The notes beneath the pieces are model-generated. The model worked only from the letters and a program-made list of their open reading frames with translations, did no database searches and had not been told where the DNA came from. A stretch of 64,000 nt of DNA from Marsupella aquatica (lineage: Eukaryota > Plantae > Marchantiophyta), in contig OZ316892.1 of assembly GCA_973895155.1 (NCBI GenBank), forward strand, positions 12,960,238-13,024,237, in the 5' to 3' direction. Below are positions 50,975 to 61,978 of the stretch, one piece after another (the first letter of the stretch is position 1; every line of letters begins with the position of its first letter). The position numbers and the translations under genes were made by a program.

Positions 50975-53900
50975 ATGGACTCAATGAAGAGTAAATGGAG
51001 TTGGATCCCTACTTTTACTATGGAAAAGGAGTGTCGTCGCCTCTTTTCGGATATATTCCTCGCTTGGACTACACTTGCTTGCAAAGCACAGCACAGACGG
51101 CGGGTTCGGTTGTCTTGTCGGCGGCTCGTCCTTTGTGCCATAGTTCTCAAGGTAATCAATTAATCAACAACCTGCTACCACTTAGCTCGTTCTCCTCCTC
51201 TTACAGCCAACACGTGCCGCTAACTTTCAAAATCTCAGGTTACAAAATTATAAATTGTTATCTGGCGGTCAGCTCAATGTACGGGGAAGCGTGCAAGTGG
51301 TAGGTATTCCACGTAAAGGGTTGTTTTCACTGTTCCAGTTGTGATCGATTTGAAAGGTGGACCCCACTGCCGTGTTCCTGATTGTGTCCTCCACTATGGA
51401 GCGAGAATGACAGCTGAAAGCGCATTGCTAACTGAAGAGAACGACCTACTCTGCTGCGCTAGCGTGAGTCTTCTAAGTCCATTGGCCGCCAATGTTGGGA
51501 CATGTCTTGGTGCTCGGAAAGAATTCCTCTATGCCGGACGAATGGCACTCGACTGCCTCGCATTTCGTGAGTTTAGTGACGTCTTTGCCGATCATTACTA
51601 TTGAGAAGGTCGATGATAAAAAAAACTTGACTTTCAACGGACGTTTTTGGGCAAGGAACGTTGTCGATGCCGGAGGTTGTCGTTGAGAAGAAAACTTCTA
51701 TTGCGTTCTGGATTTTTCTGGATATTTCATCCATGAATTTTTCAGAATTGTTTACAGCATTCAGATTTGTAGGAGCGGTTTGTTTGGTACTTCGTGTGCA
51801 AACTCGGTCATCTTGATCGTTCATCGCCGTACTTGACTTAAATAAAAATTTATGAGATGAGAAGCAGGTTCTGGAATCACGAGATGAATTGCACCTAGCA
51901 CTGCTGTTTTGAAAATTTGGACTTTGGAAGGTGAAGCCCGTGTTTGTCGTTCTCATGAGTACATTTTCGTGTTTCAGATTGTTTTGCTGCTCCTGTCGAC
52001 AGGAATAGTGAGTTCGACGGTGGAGCAAGCCCGCGCAGATTACCAGGATAGAGATCCTCACGAACATGATGTCTTTACACATTCCTGCATACATGATGAA
52101 ATTTTGGAACAACGGCTACGATCTGGTAACAGGGGATACACGGTCACGCGACAGGTTTATGAGAGCGAGGACGGGAAGGCCTTAGAGTCCTGGCAGGGAC
52201 GAGAGCTGCTCGCCATCTCACGGAAGGTTGATGTAACCTCAGATAAGAGACAACCTATGCGAATTTTTTTAAACTATGATGCCGTGGGGCATTCTGCCGA
52301 CAGAGACTGTCGTTCCGTCGGGAATGTAGTGAAAGTGAGTCTGCGACCCAAACATTTGCCAACGGGTCTGTTGTATGCGTCATGGTTTATCTAGCGGGAC
52401 TCGTGCACTCTAGTGTAGTCTCTCGTTCGTAATTGGTGGTGTATGATCTGCACGCATTCATGACGCATCTTACAAGTGTTTCTTGGTCCGCCTCAGTGCA
52501 GAACTAATTCTGTACCTTCTGGAATCACAGTTAGGCGAACCGGCACCAGCTGAACATCCAGGTTTCCCAGCTTGCAATCACAGAGCAGACCCTCCGGTTT
52601 ATGGTGACTGTTGGTATAACTGTACCCACGAAGATATATCTGGCGAGGACAAGCGCGCACGTCTCCATGATGTAATTCCTATTGCTTGCTTTTGTTCCTT
52701 TAAGGGTTCCGCGTTGGATGTCTGAGCCCGGTCGAGAGAGACCATATAGACATTTCTGCCTTGGCCTTTCTTAACCTAGATTTTGTCTCAAGGGATGATG
52801 ACAAGGCGTAATAGACTTGGGATATCACCGTACCTGGACACCCGATCATTTGAAAGATAACTACTACAGACAAGTACTGATCATGTATAGATAGATAGTT
52901 AGCAATTCGTCTGTTGACTCGACTACCAGCTTATTCCTGTCAAGTGAACGATATTGTCAAGACTTCTTGCATCACGTCAATTGGATAATATACCACAGTT
53001 ATTGATAGAATATGATTCAGTTTTTGGCTGGTGGAAGGTTTCACAAATTTGTAGATAATGTCTGTGCTGAAGAAATCCTGCTATTGGACGGTCACTAGAA
53101 CCTGTTATAATTACCGGTCTAGATAACTTGTATGACCTTTAAGTGCTTTTACAAGACTGGAGAGACTCTTGCCTTTCAAACAACCACTCTTATTCCAATT
53201 TGGATTGTTGCACTAACTTCTGTATTCTGTTCAAGCAGGCACTTGCACAAACAGCTGAATGGTTCAAAAGAGCGTTGTCTGTTGATCCTGTGAAGGGTCC
53301 TTTGCGGCTCAGTGGATACTCTGCTTGTGGACAGGATGGTGGCGTGCAGTTGCCTCGTCAATATGTAGATGGTAAGCACTCCTGTGTTATTGAGCTTCAA
53401 CTCTACTCGATATTGGATTCAGTGTAATCAGTCACCTTTTCTTGTAGCTGTCTTAAGGTACTCAAATATTGTGTGGTGGCCTGCAGAGGGAGTTGTTGAT
53501 GCTGATTTGGTACTTCTTGTGACCACGAGGCCTACTACTGGAAACACTCTCGCATGGGCAGTCGCCTGCGAGCGTGACCAGTGGGGCCGTGCCATTGCTG
53601 GTGAGCAAGTTGAATTGAATTATAAAATGGCATAGCAGATCGGTAAAGTACTGATCATTAATCCTCACAAAATATTTTAACACTGAATTTTTGTTGCTTT
53701 CAGGTCATGTGAATGTAGCACCGAGGCATCTTACAGCAGAGGCTGAAACACTGCTCTCTGCTACTCTCATACATGAGGTGGCTTCCCGAAAGATTTACTA
53801 CTAGGCACTAAGAATTGGCTTATTTGGATTCTTTGGACTCGTGTCCCTAGTGAATATGTGGCTGTACAGTCGTTAGGGAATTTAAAAGGCATCTGCAGTG

Positions 53901-56900
53901 AACGGTGATATAGAACAAGTAAGCATATAGGTTATCATTCATAGCGAAGAAGGTATTTTGGGAAAATTGGGTTCCCATGTCGTTTGTAATACGTCCAAAT
54001 GGACACATTTTGATGGGGCGCTGTGCAGGTCATGCACGTTCTTGGGTTTGATCCACATGCGTTTGGTCACTTCCGAGATGAGCGTAAGAGAAGGCGGAGT
54101 GAGGTAGATCTACCAATTTTAACCATTAGTGCTATGTTGAAGCTGATTTTTATAGGTTTCTCTGGAATTCCAGTATATCCTTGGGATTTAGCCTTAATCG
54201 AAGAGTGCTTGGTGCAAGCATGAGTTGTTTGCTGACCTGTGGGCCAACTCTTTCTGTAAAAACGTGTCATTAGAAATCGGTGAATGACGTAAAGGTCCTT
54301 CCTATCTCAGCATGCTTATGTAAGCTCACAATCCTTAATTCCAGGTGGTGAAGCAAAGATATGATGAAAAACTGGGTCGCATGGTAACCCGAGTTATTTT
54401 ACCTCGCGTAGTAATGCACTCTCGACATCATTATGGGGTAACTTCCACACCGACTTGTAAAACGGCCTGGCCATTCTTGTGGCTTCATTTCAATTTGATC
54501 TATTTGGGTTATGCATCCTGAATTCACTTGAATAACGATTTGAGTGGATTCTGCCATGGAATATTCTCTTGCTTAGCAGAAACATTCACATTAGAACCAT
54601 TGGAAGCATAACTTGATTTAAGTTTTGCAGTTGCCCTGTCCTTGAGGTTTACTTGCTGTTGACCGGCTGTCTTGGAGATTAATTTATTGCCCAATTTTGA
54701 CGAAGACGAACTAATCGTCTCGTGCCATATCTTACAGGCATACTCCGAGGGCTTTGTGGGGCTGGAGCTGGAAGACGGTGGTGGAAGGGGTACCGCAGGT
54801 GGGAGGTTCTATATTTTGATACTGCCTAGACCTATTTAGGAAACTTCTCCGAAGAACTCCACGTTAGTTGTTCAAAGAGATAGCAGCACGCTAAGTGTCT
54901 CACTGGCCCTTTGTGTTTCAAGCTTAGGGTTATAAGATATCTTGACAAAGTTTCTGATTCCAATTTTGAATCCAGGATCTCACTGGGAAAAAAGGTTATT
55001 GATGAATGAGATCATGACTGGGTCAGTGGACACGCGATCAGTTGTTTCTGCTATGACTCTAGCATTGTTGGAGGACAGTGGTTGGTATCAAGCAAACTTC
55101 AGTATGGCTGAGCAACTTGACTGGGGTCGCAACCAAGGAGTAGATTTTGTATTATCCCGATGCAGTAATTGGAATGGAGCTTACCATTGCAACTCGACCC
55201 ACTCATCTGGTTGTACGTATAATCGAGAAGCTGAAGGATATTGCCCAATTGTAAGATATAATGGCGATTTGCCACCATGGGCACAATACTTTCCAGAGTC
55301 TAATAAAGGTTCGAAACGCGAACTATCTGTCCTTGCATGCTTTCACTTGCTTCGGTGCATGTGATTTGTTGACAATAAATTAGAATTGCATGGGACTGTC
55401 ATGTCAGGCAGAGCCATGATTTGTACTAGGTACTAGATGGGAACTAGTTGATGTACGAGTGCTCCTTTCAGTAACCTTTCAAAGAACTGTGAGAGAGGTT
55501 TTTCTATGCATTACACATACCATTCACATACGTTCACCTCACTCGAATCGTGTGTTCTCACACTATGTGGTCTCTATGTGGTATTCTTACACAGGTGGTC
55601 AGTCATCACTAGCCGACTTTTGTGCATATTTTGTTGCCTACTCTGATGGCTCTTGCACTGACACAAGTAGTGCCCGATCACCTGATAGAATGCTGGGAGA
55701 AGTGAGAGGTGAAGATTCACGGTAAGCCTCAAACTTGAATCTATCAGGGTCTTGGAGATGATGAACATTGATCCCGCCAAGACTTTTTTCAAACAGTTAT
55801 CACTTGACCTTAAAGCAGAAAATTCCGAAGGTATGCATTTGTGAATGCTTGACATTAGGGTGGTCTTTGGCAGATGCATGCTATCTTCACTAGTCCGAAC
55901 TGGATTTGTGCGGGGTACTTTAGCTCAGGGGAATGGCTGCTATCAACACCGATGCAAGAGCCATGGCCTGGAGGTGAGGCCTCCCGTTTGTCCTCTTTCT
56001 CTTATGGGCAATTGCATGTGTAACCGAGAAGTAGCACTTGACATCTCTGGCATATTTGCACCAGGTGTGCGGTAAAGTTGGCAGTAATATATCTTGTTGT
56101 GTATAGGTTGCTGTGGATGGAGTGTGGAAGGTGTGCCCTAAAGAAGGGGGTCCAGTTCTATTTCCTGGATTTAATGGTATGCACCTGAACGTCCGTGCTA
56201 TTGGCCATGCCAGTTTGAAAGTCATTTAGGACCTCTCATCAAATGAAGAGACTTGCAAGTGGAGATCACCGGGCCATCACATCGTACATAGTTAGGACCC
56301 AATTTTTCGGTTCTAGTATCAGTTATCCTGAAAGTGTGTTTTCTGAAGTTGGAAGTCACCACCCAGTTTGTACTCAAATGCCCTTTTTGTTTAAAAGAGG
56401 AAGGCCACCTGACAGGCAATTTGGGTTGGCAGGTGAGCTAATTTGCCCTCCATATCACGAACTGTGCGACGAAGTCGTTCAAAACTTACCCGGGGAGTGC
56501 CCAGAAGCTTGTAACTGGAACGGGGAGTGCGTTGACAAGAGCTGCCAGTGTTTCATCGGTTTCAGTGGAGACAACTGCAGTAAACGTAAGCCTATTTAAG
56601 CGATCTGATGGATAGTTGCCGTTGGAATAATATGAGCACATTATCGGCAGTGAATTGTTCTTCTTTTGAAGCCAGAGCAGCTGATATTTAATTGGATGGT
56701 GTTGCTTTGGATGGTTCTTTCAGGTTACTGTCCGAGTGGGTGCAGTGGACATGGGCTGTGTACGGAAAATGGAGTTTGTAATTGTGATATGGGTTACACA
56801 GGTGTTGATTGTTCAACTGGTATGATGAACTTTCAGCAGTAGTTTTTTCCCAAGTCAACTTAAGCGCACAAAGATCAGAATCCGATTCAAATTCCTATTA

Positions 56901-58411
56901 GCCTGTGAGAATGAGCTCTCGAACAGAAGATTTTACAACTAGGTAGCATTCCATTCCTCTATCCGCTCCAGATATAGCGATAAGCACTTTCGTACCCTCT
57001 CAGTGCACGTTATATCAAATTCAGGTTACTGCAGTGTAGCCAAGATCTTGCGGTTTTCCATAATGCTTCACTTTGGCTGCTACTCATTCTTCTCTGTGAT
57101 GGGACATGGCAGCTGGATGTGACGAACAGTGCAGCCTGCATGGTGGTGTATGTGACAACGGTATTTGTGAATTTCGGTGCTCGGATTACGCCGGATACAC
57201 TTGTCAAAATAGCTCCGGGCTAATCCCAAGTCTTTCGTTATGTGGCGATGTCATAGTTGGGGAGACACAGGGCCAACACTGTGCACCAAGCGAGGCTAGT
57301 ATTCTTCAGCAACTCGAAGCGGCTGTGGTGATGCCCAATTACAATCGGTTGATTCCGGGTGGGCGCGCATTTTTCAATGTCTTTGACAATGGGTACTGTG
57401 CAGTTGCAGCAAAGCGCCTTGCGTGCTGGGTCAGTTTTCTGACCATTCTTAACCCTCCCTCCAAGGCTGTGGGTTTATATTAAAACCTAAGCAATAGCTT
57501 GATAACTAAACTCTCTCACGCCTCCCGGGGCCACCCGTAGCTGATATAGAGGCCTTTCAACATGAAATCTGTAAAGTACTCTTTGGGTTCACTATCCTTC
57601 CTATATCCGTGTCTGCTGGTGTGCCCATCTGGTGCATGGCGCTTTGTTAGCTCGCCTTGGTCTTGTCCCAAGGCATGGGATCTTTGAAGTGCAGTTGTAG
57701 GTAACAATCAGGACGTATCGTGTATCTTCATTTCTTCCAGGATTACCTGCGAGCAGCAGTTGATTTGATTTTCTGAATATTCTGATTATTACACAGAAAG
57801 GGAGCAAATGTTTGAAGTCTATTTGTCCGGCTTGTGTTTTTATTCCTCAGATATCAATTCAGCGGTGTGACAGAGACGGTGATAACCGTCTTCGAGTCTG
57901 TCACTCAGCTTGTGAGTCCTACAATTCGGCTTGTGGTGCAAGGCTTGACTGTTCAGACCGAACACTTTTTAGCGGAGAAGACGACGGAGACAGCACATGT
58001 ACAGGGGACGGAGCTGTGCGTCGACGTTGGCAACTTAATTGCAAAACTCTTCTCCTAGTAGGATTATTAGTCACAACAATTTGCTTCTTCGTATGTGCTG
58101 TAGGGCATGTCATACGGGGAATTCAGGCATTTAGGATGGTTGGCTCACAAGATTTTCATGAAGCTTACCTTTTACTGGAGAGTAAGCAAGCAGCCGGTAA
58201 AGCCTATGATGATTTCAGCGTGGAGTCCCCGATAGGTACAGGCCTTTCTAAGTTTTGGTGGCTGCTGACTGGTTTCAAAGATTGTGGGCCAGCCTGTCGA
58301 GACATTCTTTCAGTTAGGACATTTCAAATATCTCCATGGCTAGGACCTCGAGATCTTATTATTAGACCTGTAAAGCTTGAAAAAACCTTTCCAAGCACTG
58401 CACATGCTTAA
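50975..58411 (+). CDS. LMLN: Leishmanolysin/invadolysin-like zinc metallopeptidase (family M8) with EGF-like repeats and a C-terminal Cys-rich domain, 17 exons
   Basis: Approximate exons: 50975 (or 51020)-51151, 51978-52334, 52531-52671, 53239-53371, 53487-53600, 53704-53777, 54029-54102, 54345-54437, ~54738-54798, 54976-55308, 55595-55721, 55874-55973, 56107-56176, 56433-56585, 56724-56819, 57113-57429, 57851-58411. Pro-peptide HSCIHDE; zinc motif HE|VMHVLGF split by an intron; [29 protein letters not shown]; EGF-like [20 protein letters not shown]. Confidence 0.93.
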
Positions 58412-59128
58412 CAAGGGAGGGCTGTAGAAAAGGCGTCTTCCACGTATACATGTGGTTAGTTAATGAGCGGGAGCGCCTGGGGTTAGAAGCTCTTTGAGAT
58501 TACGCTGTATCAAACGAGAGGTTTCTTCAAGCCTTTACAATTCGTAGGGGAAACACAGCATTACAGGAAACAATTACCCATCCAATCTGGATTAGTGGTG
58601 TGAGAGTAAGACGACAAGATATGAGCTCTTCTAGTCTGGGACAGGAGAAGCAGGCCTTGATGGTCTTGAGATCCAGTATTTACTTTGCTAGCGATGGGCT
58701 GAGAGCGTTGGCCATGTACGGTCACCCCTATCCCTGAACCGAAGGCAAGGTTTAAATGGATCTCGCACTTGGCTAGATTTGAACGAGCGTTTGGCGGTGC
58801 TTCTAATTTCGGAGCTCCAAAGTGATCATTTTCGCACCATTTTTGCTTGCTTCGTTTAATTGCTGCCGCTGCTTGTACTACGTCATTGCCAAGCAGGGCT
58901 GATCATTGTCTGATCTTCCATGAGTATAGTAGAACGGATTTCCTTTCAATATTGGATATTGAAACTTGTCTTGGCTCACCGTTTCACCACCCTAAACCCT
59001 TCCACTGACGTCTATTTGCACCCATTTGCTGATTTTTGCATAGTTTACAAAATTCCTAAAGTGTTGAGGAGTTGGTTCTCCTGGTCTGTACACAAGGTTT
59101 GACAATGGAGTCCAAATGATTGTCCCAT

Positions 59129-59203
59129 TGGGCTTGGTTAGTATGGAGACAGTCTTCCAGTATGGGCTTGGTTAGTATGGAGACAGTCTTCCAGTATGGG
59201 CTT
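59129..59203. repeat. Perfect 34-bp tandem duplication
   Basis: TGGGCTTGGTTAGTATGGAGACAGTCTTCCAGTA x2, followed by TGGGCTT. Confidence 0.95.
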
Positions 59204-61914
59204 CGGCTCCTTCTGAATTAGCATGTTCTCGTCCAGTTTTTTGGACTTATCTTTGCCAACGTAGAAGTTGCCAACTTATCCTCATAGAAGTTTAGCTACA
59301 TACGCAGGTCTGTTTTTTATTCACTCTTGCCCATCCCTTTTTAAAATATGTTTTTATATCATTATATTCAAACTGGCTACCTATTCTCAAGAGTGGGATG
59401 GAATACAAAAATGCTAAGAAACAATTATTTTACCCCTTCCCCTTTTAACTAGAGTTTAGATTTTTGTTGTAGGCTTTAGTAACTTATGTATTGCAAACCT
59501 AAGTCACTAGAAGAAATACACGAGAGTTCTATCATTTTTGTAAATGGATTCATAATATTCCATAAACTAAACATTACTAAAAAAAGGGTTATTTACCCAA
59601 CGTTAGGAACCTTGTAACCTTCGTACCATATATATACATCTGAGTGAGAAGTTGGAGATTATCACACAACACGTTATCAGCATTTCTACCAGCTTGAAGC
59701 AATGGCTATGGACAATTGATCCCGCAAGGCTATGGAAAAGTGAGAGTGCAAGCTGATCCCGCAAGGCTATCGAAAAGTGAGAGTGCAAGCCCAACCAAAG
59801 AGGTGAAGGAATTCAAAGATTTCCAAGACACCCAAGGAAGGACTGATCGATGGACCCTGGACTGATAACTGTGCATAATGGAAACAGGAAACAAGAGATC
59901 CGAATCGGTATATGAAATCAGAATAGCAGAAGATCTCAAAACGCACATGGATGCCAGCGCTTGCTAAATTAAAGCGATAAAACTTTCTCGAAGGGAATAC
60001 ATGAGCAGAATCGGGAGTTACAGAGAAGATCATCGTCATCTCGACCAAGGCCTCCACTGGAGAAGCTCGTGATGAAATCGTTACAAGAATTCGAGAAGTG
60101 AAGCTGATTTGAGAGATCATTTGATAAGCACCCGGATCATTAGTGGAGAGAACAGAAGCAGCGACCGACTCTGGCAAATGGGAATTCGTAAGGAAAGAAC
60201 ATCGAAGGCAGTGTGGCAGGGAACTGTGACTTGTGCATCGAAAGTGCGACAGCACTAGAGGATTATGAAAGGAGAAAGCGTATTGACCCCGAGAAGAAAC
60301 TGCAAAACGAACAGCAAATGCAGACGAGGCGCCCGGAAAGACTTGAAGGAGATGTACAAGGAATTCATGAGAAGAGAAGAATCAAGGATAGAGTGAAGAG
60401 GTATGAATTGTCGCAGAGACTGAGAGTGAATCGATAAGGAATCACTGCAAAAGCCGATGAGTGCTGCCTGATCAAAGCAACAGCATAGAAGAACAACAAT
60501 TTCATAAGGACATACCGCCAGCATCACCCACACAAGAAAGAGGAAGCAGGAAGAGACTAGTAAAACGCAGAGACTGTAGACAAGGAGATGAGAAGCGATC
60601 CATAACGACTAGAACAGAAGCTGAGTGATCCGTGAATCCCTAGTAGCTATCGACCCTTACAAGACATTGGCTTTCTCCTGACCGAAGAAGCAGACAATCG
60701 AAACAGCAGACGTAGAGAGAAAGAAAGAAGGCTCATAAACCAGAGCACCAGATCCCTGCACTCGATGAGAAACAGCAGCACGAGGCAATAAAGTAGAAAG
60801 AAGAAATGACAAGGATCGAAGGAGGAGACTCGAAAACAATCGGAAAGGAACCGATAGCAATCCCTAAACAAAGCATCATCGAGTCAAAACCATTCAAAAG
60901 ATCAGACGAGAGAACAACAGAGAATTGATAAGAAGAAGCAACCCTGAGAAACAAAACTGGCAAAGTAGCAACTGCGTGATTGATTGTGACAACAGTCCTT
61001 ATCATTGAGCACCATAGAGTAGTCAAAACGCAGTGAGGACTGCGTGTTATCCCAACTAATTACTAAGAAAAAGGAAGAGAGCTCAAAATTGAAGCGGAGG
61101 CGCTGAGAGATTGCCAGAAGAGATCAGAATGGAAACGAAATGAATAACGCAGAGCGAGATCAAGAAGGAGATCAGGCACAGAACCGAAATTCATAAGGAC
61201 ACAGCATAGAGGATCGGAATAGAGACATCGAGAGAGAAAAGAGGCAAAAATACAAGAGAAAACCTCAAGAGCATTTTTCAAGAAATCGAAGTAAGAGATC
61301 TTCGAGTGACCGAGAAAACGAACGCCAGGAGAGAGAAGGAGGAACAAGGACGCTGCAAAGAAAGAGAGCACTGCCGAGGAGAGAACAAGGGAAGAAAGCG
61401 AGAATGTGAGGAACCAAGGAGGCAAAAAACGGCAACAAAGGGAACCAAAAACTCAAAGAAAATGAGACTTAACCCGCTAAGTGCAACCCTCCCTAACCAC
61501 AGAACCCATCAAAGTAATTTTCTCGTAGAAAAGAAATTTTGCACTAAACCAGGAAAGCGCACATAATCGCAAACCATTCACAACTGCAAACCAAAAACAA
61601 AGAGAATTCCATTTACAAGAGAACCTAGTGCAGTTAATCACATACACAAGGAAAACCCAACTTAAGTGCAAACCCTAAAGCGCACTTCATCTTTTACGCT
61701 TAACTTGCATGCGACAATAAACCTAAAACGCATTTAAGGTTAACAAAAGAGAACCTTATATTAATAAGGCGAAACCCTAAAAGCAAAAACGAGAAAGAAA
61801 AATAAACTTTTTGGATTTTCCGAAAGCGCATAGCGACTATAACCGCACAAAACTCATCAAGCACTAAAAACCAAACTATCATATAACCCTTGCATACGTT
61901 ATAACCAATACGAG

Positions 61915-61970
61915 ACCTAAAAACCCTAACCCTAACCCTAAACCTAAAACCCAAGACCAAACCCTAAGAC
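61915..61970 (+). repeat. Short telomere-like/telo-box cluster immediately before gag
   Basis: CCTAAAAACCCTAACCCTAACCCTAAACCTAAAACCC..AAACCCTAAG; further AAACCCTAAA copies at ~61670 and ~61772. Confidence 0.75.
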
Positions 61971-61978
61971 CCAAAGAC

